Made by a program: the position numbers and the translations under genes. A DNA stretch of 64,000 nucleotides from Patescibacteria group bacterium (GTDB lineage Bacteria > Patescibacteriota > Patescibacteriia > UM-FILTER-42-10), in assembly GCA_041666845.1 (NCBI GenBank), contig JBAYGC010000007.1:6080-70079 (forward strand). Direction: 5' to 3'. Positions 44,846-53,398 of the stretch are shown here, piece by piece (the stretch's first letter is position 1; each line of letters opens with the position of its first letter). The notes beneath the pieces were generated by a model that had not been told where the DNA came from, did not search any database, and saw only the letters and a list, made by a program, of their open reading frames with translations.

Positions 44846-45711
44846 AAATATTTTTTCAAATTATCATAAATAGTATAAGGCATTTTCATATAATCCTGCA
44901 TGCTGTTGACAATATTCCCTCTGGATCTGGTTTCGCTGTGGAAGTCCGATCCACCCGTCATCAGTAAGCCGTGCTTTTTGGCAAAATATTGATAATGTTC
45001 TACCTGGTGCCAGTTGTGATAAGGGGAGATTGCTTCAATGCCTGCCAGCCCTTCTTCTTTAAGTTCCAGGATAATTGTATCTTCTTCCCAGGTCAGTTTG
45101 TGACCCGGGTGGGCCAGAACGGCCAGTCCGCCGGCATTTTTCACTAAGCTAATTGCATCCGGAGTAAGTAGGCTAGTATGTATAATCGGGCAGAATGCTC
45201 TTTTTGCAAAATATTTGTTAATAATTTCAAACAGATCGGGGTCCGGTTTTCCACAGTCTTTTCGGATTAATTCCTTGTTCTCCGGAAAATCGGAAAGCAT
45301 AGCTATAATCTCTGCCACGCTCAAATATTTTGTGATCAGTGAATCAATTTTTTTCCGATCAACGGTAAACCCGTATTCTTCCAGACGATCAAGTGCTTTT
45401 TTGATATTTGCCAAATGTTGCTGCTGAAGTGTATTAAGGGTTCTGTTTAATTCTTGATCATCAAGATTAAAACCATAACCCAGTAAATGCAACCCCTTAC
45501 CCTTATATTCGGTATAAATTTCTACTCCCGGCACCACCGCGACTCCCTTCTTTTCACCAATTGCCATGATTTCTTTAACACCGTAAATTGTATTGTGGTC
45601 GGTTAAAGAAATCGCCAAAATATTTCTTTCAACAACCCGGTTGACCAATTCTTCACAACTCAAATCACCTCCGGAGTATTGAGAATGAAAATGAAGGTCG
45701 CAATATTTCAT
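44842..45711 (-). CDS. PHP-domain phosphoesterase (TrpH/YciV-like)
   Basis: 289 aa; DLHFHSQYSGGD N-terminal motif, later H..H / D.H motifs; 4-nt overlap with downstream PHP gene. Confidence 0.6.
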   Translation of the reverse strand: MKYCDLHFHSQYSGGDLSCEELVNRVVERNILAISLTDHNTIYGVKEIMAIGEKKGVAVVPGVEIYTEYKGKGLHLLGYGFNLDDQELNRTLNTLQQQHLANIKKALDRLEEYGFTVDRKKIDSLITKYLSVAEIIAMLSDFPENKELIRKDCGKPDPDLFEIINKYFAKRAFCPIIHTSLLTPDAISLVKNAGGLAVLAHPGHKLTWEEDTIILELKEEGLAGIEAISPYHNWHQVEHYQYFAKKHGLLMTGGSDFHSETRSRGNIVNSMQDYMKMPYTIYDNLKKYL

Positions 45712-45723
45712 TTTGCTTCTTGT

Positions 45724-46752
45724 TTACAAATTAAGCAATCGCTTTGCTTCAGGGAAGGTGTGGTCGATAATCGTTCTTTGGACCGCCGCTCTGTTTTTTT
45801 TGGTATCAACTAAAATGGAAACACAGAATGCAGTAATCTGCATTACCCACCAGACTTTCCACAAATCGATCTGCTCTTTAGCCGCCTTGGTATTTTGGTT
45901 GGTTTTTTTGAGATAATTTTTCAGAAATATGTCGTGCAATTTGTGAATGGTTTTTAAGGAAGCTCTTTTCTGCCAGCCCAAGAGTTCCATCTGAACAAAG
46001 TAGTTGGCAATATCGCAGAACGGATCAAATTCCCAGGCGTTACCGAAATCTATCACGCCGACATTATCCCCGTTAAATACAATATTATTGGAATTCAGAT
46101 CACCATGGATCAGACAATGCCGATCCGGTCGGTAATATTTTTTATAACGTTTCAGAAATGTTTCCAGGATTAATTTTCCTTCCGCTTCTAATTCCGGAGA
46201 GAATTTTTTGTAGTCAGTGACAAAGTATCCCACCTCTTCTTGTACTCGCTTTAAGGTTTTTGTCCTACCGGCTTTTATTTTTAAATTATGGAATTTAGCC
46301 ACCCAATTGGATGCGAGTAGCGCCTGTTTTTCCAAGCCCGGTTTGCCGTCCAGAATCAAATCAGTGAAAATCTTTCCCGGGTATTCTTCATAGACCAACA
46401 TCCGCCATTTCGGGTAATTACCAAGCGGGCGTGTGATTTGATATTTGCCGCTATCGAAACCCCTGCTGTAGATTGCCTGCATTGCCTGATCGGAATTTTT
46501 TATTTCCCAAGCTTGGTGGGCACTCGGAACATTTGCCCGGATAATTCTTTTTTCCATCCGTCCGTTCGGGTATTCCAGTTTCAGAGTGTAGCGGACGGAT
46601 TTTTTAAATTTATACGGGCTTTGATCTTTCAGTTCAAAACCAACCAGCTTCGCTCCCCTATAGAACTTAGGGATGATAGTCTCTTTAAAGAATTTTTCCA
46701 TAATTCGGATACTGACTGCATGTCGGAGAATTGAACGGTCCGCTTTTTTCAT
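45724..46752 (-). CDS. APH/choline-kinase-fold kinase (possible sugar kinase, maltokinase-like)
   Basis: 342 aa; Brenner motif HGDLNSNN, IDFGNA (DFG-like). Confidence 0.55.
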   Translation of the reverse strand: MKKADRSILRHAVSIRIMEKFFKETIIPKFYRGAKLVGFELKDQSPYKFKKSVRYTLKLEYPNGRMEKRIIRANVPSAHQAWEIKNSDQAMQAIYSRGFDSGKYQITRPLGNYPKWRMLVYEEYPGKIFTDLILDGKPGLEKQALLASNWVAKFHNLKIKAGRTKTLKRVQEEVGYFVTDYKKFSPELEAEGKLILETFLKRYKKYYRPDRHCLIHGDLNSNNIVFNGDNVGVIDFGNAWEFDPFCDIANYFVQMELLGWQKRASLKTIHKLHDIFLKNYLKKTNQNTKAAKEQIDLWKVWWVMQITAFCVSILVDTKKNRAAVQRTIIDHTFPEAKRLLNL

Positions 46753-46765
46753 AATTACTTGGCTT

Positions 46766-48145
46766 TTATTTTTTAGTTAGTTCGCTCTCTTTTTCCTTCA
46801 ATTCGGTAACGCGATCCCGAATTTGCGCCGCTCTTTCATACTCCTGTGATTTGGCTGCGGTGAGCATTTGGTTTTCCAGGTTGCCGACGATTTTATCAAA
46901 TTCAGCTTGCGGAATATAAGGCATTTCGGCGGTAATTCTTTGGGTAACATCTTCATCGGAGAGTTTGCTCAGTTCTTCCACCTTCCCGGACCGTTGCCAT
47001 TCAAATGATTCTTGGATGATGTTTAAATACAGATCACGGGCCTTATCTTTCTTTTTCTGATCAATCGGTAATGTCTGCAGGATATCTTTGAATTCTTTGG
47101 CGCCGACCTCAATCATCTCAATGCTCCACCAAGGTTGTGCGGAAGCCCACCAGTATTGATCGGAATGCACGGCTTTGTCCAAAGCGTTTCTCGCTTTTTC
47201 ATATACAGGTGAATTCTGGTCCATGCCGTTTACTTCTTCAATCGCCATATTGGTCAATTCCCATTGCCAGGTATGGATTTGATTATCGTTGCTTTTCCAA
47301 CGTGAGTATGGCGTATTTCTTTCTATATCTTTTTTCATTAATGCCCAGCTGGAATCAAGTGGTTGTACTTCCGCCTTTTTGGTGAATAACTGATCAACAT
47401 CCGATAGAAAAACGCTTTCCAGTTCCTTCGTTTTGTACAAGTCGAAAAGCAGGTCCTCAAGCCCTGGGCGATGGTGGCCGAAAGTTTCACCGTCCATGGC
47501 GGTAATTAAATACTCTTTTTTATTTACCCGATCGCCCAGCAGTTTGACCAGCATGTCGCTGGAAAAAACACTCATGCCGATTTCAGCGGACAAAATGCGG
47601 AAACTAGTTTCCCGATCGCGGAAATATACATTCAGATTGTTATTGCCTTTGAGCTGATAAATTGTATCGGGTTTAATGGCGCCGGTTGTCCCGTTAAATG
47701 CTAGTTCATCCAAAATAATCCATTTGTAGCCCAGTTTTGATGCGATCTCTCCCACCTTTTTGGCATAGCCCATTTCCGTCGGGAAAAAACCTTTCGGCTG
47801 GTATGATTTACCGAAATATTTTTTGTTGGTCTCGTGATTCAACTTGATCTGCCGCTCAATTTCTTTTTCCGGCATCAACGGGAGAAAAGCATGGTATTTG
47901 GCGGAGTCAGTAAAATCAATCTGGCCTCTTTCCGACAGCATTTTCAAATCCGTAACCACATCCATGCAGCCGTCCCGTTCAAAGAGTTCTACCAATGCGG
48001 CATTGATATTCAGCGTTACTTTTGCTTTAGGGTCCGCTTTTAATCCCTTGGTCAGGCGCCGGTAGCTTTCATTGGCGATTTTTTTAACCCAGTATGATTT
48101 CTGAGTCGGCGGTTGGTAGATGTGTAAAAAATTTATCCAATACAT
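46766..48145 (-). CDS. Glycoside hydrolase family 57 protein with C-terminal UVR-like motif
   Basis: 459 aa; GH57 regions: LHIYQPP, FPTEMGY (nucleophile Glu region), DGETFGHHRPG (Asp region), QYWWASAQPWW; C-terminus IVGNLENQMLTAAKSQEYERAAQIRDRVTEL matches UvrB/UvrC UVR motif. Confidence 0.7.
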   Translation of the reverse strand: MYWINFLHIYQPPTQKSYWVKKIANESYRRLTKGLKADPKAKVTLNINAALVELFERDGCMDVVTDLKMLSERGQIDFTDSAKYHAFLPLMPEKEIERQIKLNHETNKKYFGKSYQPKGFFPTEMGYAKKVGEIASKLGYKWIILDELAFNGTTGAIKPDTIYQLKGNNNLNVYFRDRETSFRILSAEIGMSVFSSDMLVKLLGDRVNKKEYLITAMDGETFGHHRPGLEDLLFDLYKTKELESVFLSDVDQLFTKKAEVQPLDSSWALMKKDIERNTPYSRWKSNDNQIHTWQWELTNMAIEEVNGMDQNSPVYEKARNALDKAVHSDQYWWASAQPWWSIEMIEVGAKEFKDILQTLPIDQKKKDKARDLYLNIIQESFEWQRSGKVEELSKLSDEDVTQRITAEMPYIPQAEFDKIVGNLENQMLTAAKSQEYERAAQIRDRVTELKEKESELTKK

Positions 48146-48156
48146 TATTTTTTCGT

Positions 48157-49380
48157 TTAAGTTTCTTTTTTCCCAGCCATATAGGGCTTATAATTATAAC
48201 CTGCTAAAAACATCTTTTTTTCTTTTTTAGCGCGGCCGGTATATTGCCATTCGTGAGCTAATTTTTTAATTTGTTCAGACAGCAGTCTGGCCTTTTTTAA
48301 TTTACTGATCGGAGGATTCTTTAGTGCATTGATTAAGTCCAGTAGTCGGTTGGCTCCCTCTTCGATTATTTCTACGCTCCACCAAGGGTGAGCTGATGCC
48401 CACCAGAAGAAATCACTGCTCATACTTCTGTCCAACAACGTCCGTGCCGCATCAAAATTTTTATCCTTAGTGGATTCCTTGACAGTGGCTAGTACCAGTT
48501 CAAAAAGTTGCCATTGCAGTTTGTGGATCGGGTTATTCGGATGATCCCATAGTTCAAAAGGAATTCCGTTTTTCAGCTCCTTTTCAGAGGATGCCCAGCT
48601 GGAAGCGAGGGGAGTGATGGATTTAAAGGAACTGTATTGTTTTAGTGCTTCGGAATAGGTTTCTGTTTGGATCTTTTTATCCAGAGTCAATTCTTCAAAC
48701 ACTTTTTCCATTCCCGGACGGTGGTGGCCGAGGGTTTCCCCGTCAAAAGCGGTAAATAAAGGATCACCAGTACAACAAGTTTTCTTAAATACTTTCTTTG
48801 TCTCCATCTGAGGTTTAACAGTAAAAAGATCAGACATATTATGATTACGAAAAGCTACTTTCAGGGGTGTTCCTTTAATTCTGTATCCGTTTTTCCAGTC
48901 AACCACCCCCTTCTTTTTCTGATAGGCTATTTCATCCAGTGCGATCCAGGAAAATTTTTCTTTCACCAGCGCCTGGGCAACTTTTTCGCTGTAGCACATT
49001 TCCGGCGGAAAGAAACCGGAGAGTTGGTAGGATTTGCCGAAATACTTGGTATTAACTTTGGTATTGAGCTGGATCTGGCGTTGAATCTCTGAGACGGGTA
49101 ATTTCGGCAGAATTGTGTGATACATGGCACTGCCTGTAAACTCAATCTGTTTTCTTTCCGCCAGCAGTTTGATCAGATTGATGATTTCACCCAACTTATG
49201 TTCGAATAACTGTTCGGTCAGTGAGCCATTAATATTGAGAGTAATTTTTATCTGGGGGTGTTTTTTTAAAATGCGGAATACCGGTAAATAGCTTTCACGT
49301 GCGACTTTTTTTATTATTTTCACATCCCAGCCCGGTGGCTGGTAAATGTGCAATAAGTTGGCCCAAACGGTTTTGATCAT
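48157..49380 (-). CDS. Glycoside hydrolase family 57 protein (paralog)
   Basis: 407 aa; LHIYQPP, FPPEMCY, FDGETLGHHRPG, DFFWWASAHPWW; about 40% identical to neighbour by eye. Confidence 0.7.
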   Translation of the reverse strand: MIKTVWANLLHIYQPPGWDVKIIKKVARESYLPVFRILKKHPQIKITLNINGSLTEQLFEHKLGEIINLIKLLAERKQIEFTGSAMYHTILPKLPVSEIQRQIQLNTKVNTKYFGKSYQLSGFFPPEMCYSEKVAQALVKEKFSWIALDEIAYQKKKGVVDWKNGYRIKGTPLKVAFRNHNMSDLFTVKPQMETKKVFKKTCCTGDPLFTAFDGETLGHHRPGMEKVFEELTLDKKIQTETYSEALKQYSSFKSITPLASSWASSEKELKNGIPFELWDHPNNPIHKLQWQLFELVLATVKESTKDKNFDAARTLLDRSMSSDFFWWASAHPWWSVEIIEEGANRLLDLINALKNPPISKLKKARLLSEQIKKLAHEWQYTGRAKKEKKMFLAGYNYKPYMAGKKET

Positions 49381-50864
49381 TCCTTGTTAACTAAATAGAG
49401 TTGTTTATTTTTAATAGCCTTCTTATATAACAATTCATATTTCTTTGCCGGGATCTTCCAAGAAAAACTTAACTGCATACTTTTCTTAATTAATTCAATC
49501 CACTCTTCGCGGTGTTTATGATTTTCAATTGCGCGGGTAATGGCGACCAGTAGGTCGCGTGAATCATAAGTCTTGAAAGTGAATCCGTTACCTTTTTGGG
49601 TACGCGGGTTATAGTTGGTAATAGTATCGGCCAGACCGCCGGTAGCTCTGACAATCGGAATTGATCCGTAACGGAGGCTAATCATTTGGCCTAATCCACA
49701 AGGTTCAAACCGGGATGGCATTAAAAACATGTCGGAGCCGGCATAAACCTTTGTGGCATGCTGGCTGTTGAACTGCAAGTGTGCGGCAACTTTCTTTGGG
49801 TACTTTCGGATCAGTTTTTTAAAAAAGGATTCATACTTTTTCTCGCCACCGCCCAAAATTACAACTTGAACATCCTGTCGCATTAACGGGTCCATGATGT
49901 CAAAAATCAAATCAAAACCCTTTTGTTCTGTAATACGCGAGACTACGCCGATCAGAGGAATTTTCGGGTCTTCCGGTAGTTGAAACATTTTTTGCAGATG
50001 CAGCTTATTCTTTGTTTTTAAATGCAAGGAATTAAAATCATAATTTTTGTAAAGTCCCGGATCGGTGGCCGGATTGAAATCATTATAGTCAATCCCGTTG
50101 ACGATGCCGAAAAGATTTTCCTTACGGTTCAAAAGAATCCGATGTAATGCCTGGCCGTATTTTTTGGTCATAATCTCCTGGGCGTACTGTTCGGAAACGG
50201 TGTTGATGATATCCGCATTCACAATTCCTCTTTTTGCGTAATTAATATTTTCAATTGCACCTTTTTCCTTAAAAAGAGGGAGCTTGGTATTACCGTCATC
50301 TTTTTCTCTGGGTTTCAGTTCCCACCAGTTTTTACCCATCTGGAAGGCCAGATTATGAATGGTAAATAACGAACCAGTTTGTTTAAACAGCGGATCATCC
50401 GCAAACCGGGTGCGTAGCAGGAATGGGATTAATCCGGTATGCCATTCATGTGCCTGAATCACATCCGGCCGAAAATTGAGGAACTTTAACAATTCAAAAA
50501 CGGCGACGTTAAAAAAATAAAATCGGAGGTTTTCCGTCTTAGAACCATAAACTTTTTTATGTGAGGAGAAAAAACGCGGGTGGTCAATAAAATATACCGG
50601 CACGCCGGTTGAGAGGGAGCTTTTCCAAAAATCCGCCTTGATGGTTGTCGATTTGTCGATGTATACCGGCACATCCTTCTGAAGCAGTTCCAGCTTGAAT
50701 TTTTTGTCCTGAATCACTCCGTGCAATGGTGTAACGATAATCACATCATGGTTCAGCTTGCGCAAAGCTTTTGGTAAAGAGCGCGCGACATCCGCCAGAC
50801 CGCCGGTTTTGGAGAACGGATCGACCTCTGAAGAGACGCTGACTATTTTGAGTGAGTGCTTCAT
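49377..50864 (-). CDS. Glycogen synthase-like GT5/GT4 glycosyltransferase (second GlgA paralog)
   Basis: 495 aa; KTGGLADVARSLPKAL N-terminus; 4-nt overlap with GH57. Confidence 0.8.
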   Translation of the reverse strand: MKHSLKIVSVSSEVDPFSKTGGLADVARSLPKALRKLNHDVIIVTPLHGVIQDKKFKLELLQKDVPVYIDKSTTIKADFWKSSLSTGVPVYFIDHPRFFSSHKKVYGSKTENLRFYFFNVAVFELLKFLNFRPDVIQAHEWHTGLIPFLLRTRFADDPLFKQTGSLFTIHNLAFQMGKNWWELKPREKDDGNTKLPLFKEKGAIENINYAKRGIVNADIINTVSEQYAQEIMTKKYGQALHRILLNRKENLFGIVNGIDYNDFNPATDPGLYKNYDFNSLHLKTKNKLHLQKMFQLPEDPKIPLIGVVSRITEQKGFDLIFDIMDPLMRQDVQVVILGGGEKKYESFFKKLIRKYPKKVAAHLQFNSQHATKVYAGSDMFLMPSRFEPCGLGQMISLRYGSIPIVRATGGLADTITNYNPRTQKGNGFTFKTYDSRDLLVAITRAIENHKHREEWIELIKKSMQLSFSWKIPAKKYELLYKKAIKNKQLYLVNKE

Positions 50865-50866
50865 AT

Positions 50867-51364
50867 TTATAAATAATTATTTTTTGATACGGCGGAACAG
50901 ACAGCGATAGCTAGTGCATCCGCAGTATCGTCGGGCTTTGGGACAGTTTTCAACTTCAGAATGATTTTGATCATTTTTTGAATCTGTGCTTTTTCCGCCC
51001 GGCCATAACCGCAAATTGTTTGTTTCACTTGGAGTGGGGTGAATTCATGTACTGGTACTTTCGATTGCTCGGCAGCTAAGAGGATTACGCCCCTTGCTTG
51101 ACTAACTGCCAGAACGGTCTTGGCATTTTTAAAGAAAAACAGTTCTTCAACCGAAACAACATCCGGTTTAAATTTTCTAATTATTTTCTGTAGCTCCTTA
51201 TGAATAATCGCTAACCTTTTTTCTAGTGGGAGACTTTTGTCAGTTTCAATGTAACCGTAATCTTTTGCGACCAACTTATCATGAATTCCTTCTACTACGC
51301 CCCAACCGACTAACGCAAATCCGGGGTCGACACCAAGAATGGTGACTGGCTTTTTAATATTCAT
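50867..51364 (-). CDS. ruvC: Crossover junction endodeoxyribonuclease RuvC
   Basis: 165 aa; ILGVDPG...GWGV, catalytic Asp/Glu pattern. Confidence 0.9.
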   Translation of the reverse strand: MNIKKPVTILGVDPGFALVGWGVVEGIHDKLVAKDYGYIETDKSLPLEKRLAIIHKELQKIIRKFKPDVVSVEELFFFKNAKTVLAVSQARGVILLAAEQSKVPVHEFTPLQVKQTICGYGRAEKAQIQKMIKIILKLKTVPKPDDTADALAIAVCSAVSKNNYL

Positions 51365-52079
51365 AATTTGAATAAATATTGGTTACCTCGTCGTTATTCT
51401 CCAACTCTTCCAGTAAACCGGTTATTTTTTCTGGATCGGATACATCGGATTTAGTCAGAATAGTCTTGGCAACCGGGTCGACACTGGCATATTCGACTGT
51501 ATACCCCTTCTCAATTAAGGACTTGTTGATACTTTCCAGGCTTTCCGGCGTGGTGTAAATGGTAAAGCCATCAGATTCCTCTTTAATATCCTCAGCCCCC
51601 AAGTCGATAAGCTCCAATTCGACTGCTTCTTTCTGGCTGTTTTCAGGAGCAGTGACCAGTAAAACACCCTTTCTTTCAAACATCCAGCTGACACTGCCAT
51701 TTTCCGCTAAACGGCCGTTTTTTTTGCTAAGAATAGCCCTAATTACCGGTGCAGTGCGGTTTTTATTATCGGTGAATGATTCGATTAATATTGCTACACC
51801 ATCAGGTCCGAACCCTTCATAGACCACTTCATCAATTTTTCCTTCAGAACCCTCGCCCGTGCCTCTCTTTATTGCCCTTTCGATGTTTTCTTTGGGCATA
51901 TTAGCCTGTTTTGCCTTGTCAATTGTGAGACGCAATTTAAAGTTCGTATCAGGATCTCCACCCCCTTCGCGGGCTGCCAGAGAGATGGTATTCGCTATTT
52001 TAGTAAAAATTGTGCCTTTTTTGGCATCGGTAACGCCTTTTGCTCTTTTAATTGTTGACCATTTGGAATGTCCGGACAT
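51354..52079 (-). CDS. yebC: YebC/PmpR family DNA-binding transcriptional regulator
   Basis: 241 aa from internal ATG (MSGHSKWSTIKRAKG canonical N-terminus); track ORF extended to 52127. Confidence 0.85.
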   Translation of the reverse strand: MSGHSKWSTIKRAKGVTDAKKGTIFTKIANTISLAAREGGGDPDTNFKLRLTIDKAKQANMPKENIERAIKRGTGEGSEGKIDEVVYEGFGPDGVAILIESFTDNKNRTAPVIRAILSKKNGRLAENGSVSWMFERKGVLLVTAPENSQKEAVELELIDLGAEDIKEESDGFTIYTTPESLESINKSLIEKGYTVEYASVDPVAKTILTKSDVSDPEKITGLLEELENNDEVTNIYSNYEY

Positions 52080-52169
52080 AAAAAATAATATTATTAAATA
52101 TTTGATAGTACCTTTATAATATAGCAAAAAAACGGGCTAAAGTCAATGTTAATTAAAATCATATTTTGC

Positions 52170-52198
52170 TTGTAAGTTGAATAAATCCCTGTTATAGT
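52170..52198 (+). promoter_or_regulatory. Candidate promoter for pgi/pmi (TTGTAA-17-TATAGT)
   Basis: TTGTAA 52170-52175, 17-nt spacer, TATAGT 52193-52198, about 25 nt upstream of ATG. Confidence 0.45.
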
Positions 52199-52223
52199 GG
52201 ATGCACATTAAACTGACGCGAGT

Positions 52224-53294
52224 ATGAATCAACTGGATGACCAAAAAAAGATCGAAGCTAGGGATACGGGGCATGTTTTAGAGACGATTTCTTTACTACC
52301 GAAGCAAATTCAGCAGACATGGGAAGATGTTCAGAATGTCACAATACCCAAATCATACCGTTCAGTACAAAATATTGTGGTAAATGGCATGGGTGGCTCA
52401 GGATTGGGCGCTCATATTTTGTTTTCGCTTTTTTATGACCAACTGCCGGTGCCTTTACGCGTGGTACATAGTTATACCATGCCGGCCTACGTCAATAAAA
52501 AGACACTTTATGTGCTGTCCAGTTATTCGGGGACGACTGAGGAGCCGCTTTCGACCGCCAAAGAGGCATTGAAACGAGGCGCCAAAGTAATTGGGATAAC
52601 AACCGGGGGTGAAGTTAAAGATTTTTGTCTGAAAAACAATTTGCCATGCTTTTTATTTGACCCAGTTTATAATCCGTCCAACCAGCCGCGGATGGGTGTT
52701 GGATATTCTGTGTTTGGGATATTGGGGTTGCTTAAACGCTGCGGAATAATCGATCTTGATGAAAGAGATGTTAATAGAGTAATAACTCACCTCAACCTGA
52801 TGATTCGAAAGTTTTCGGCCAATATTACAACAGCTAAAAATCCTGCCAAACGAATCGCCGAAGAACTGCATGGCACAATCCCGATTTGTGTTGCAGCGGA
52901 ATTTCTGACCGGAAATGTGCATACGCTTACTAATCAGTTAAATGAAAACAGCAAGAATTTTTCCGCGTACTTTTTACTTTCGGAACTGAATCATCATTTA
53001 TTGGAAGGATTGGCGGCGCCGAAGATTGTACCGCAGGCTCTGCGATTTCTATTTATTGAATCGGCATTGTATCATCCGCGCAATAAGGTAAGATTTCCGA
53101 TTACAAAAAAAATAGTAAAAAAGAATAAGGTTGAATTTTCTTCATATCAGGCCGAAGGGAAAACAAAATTACTCCAATCTTTTGAAGTGTTATTGTTCGG
53201 AAGCTACCTTAGCTACTATTTGGCGTATTTGAATCATGTTGATCCGGTTAAAATCCCGTGGGTTGATTATTTCAAGAGAGAACTGAAGAAATAA
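52224..53294 (+). CDS. Bifunctional phosphoglucose/phosphomannose isomerase (SIS domain, archaeal-type PGI/PMI)
   Basis: 356 aa; SIS nucleotide-binding GMGGSG...; two SIS-like halves. Confidence 0.7.
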   Translation: MNQLDDQKKIEARDTGHVLETISLLPKQIQQTWEDVQNVTIPKSYRSVQNIVVNGMGGSGLGAHILFSLFYDQLPVPLRVVHSYTMPAYVNKKTLYVLSSYSGTTEEPLSTAKEALKRGAKVIGITTGGEVKDFCLKNNLPCFLFDPVYNPSNQPRMGVGYSVFGILGLLKRCGIIDLDERDVNRVITHLNLMIRKFSANITTAKNPAKRIAEELHGTIPICVAAEFLTGNVHTLTNQLNENSKNFSAYFLLSELNHHLLEGLAAPKIVPQALRFLFIESALYHPRNKVRFPITKKIVKKNKVEFSSYQAEGKTKLLQSFEVLLFGSYLSYYLAYLNHVDPVKIPWVDYFKRELKK

Positions 53295-53330
53295 TATAAT
53301 AATCGTTTTCCGCCCTCATGCCTTGGAAAA

Positions 53331-53370
53331 GATTCTTATTCCCATGCTTGATAAGAATCAATTCTTTTAT
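53331..53370 (+). terminator. Hairpin + T-run after pgi/pmi (GATTCTTAT ... ATAAGAATC, then AATTCTTTTAT)
   Basis: 9-bp perfect stem 53331-53339/53351-53359, 11-nt loop. Confidence 0.4.
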
Positions 53371-53398
53371 AAGGTGCGGGGGCGTTTGGATTAAAATA

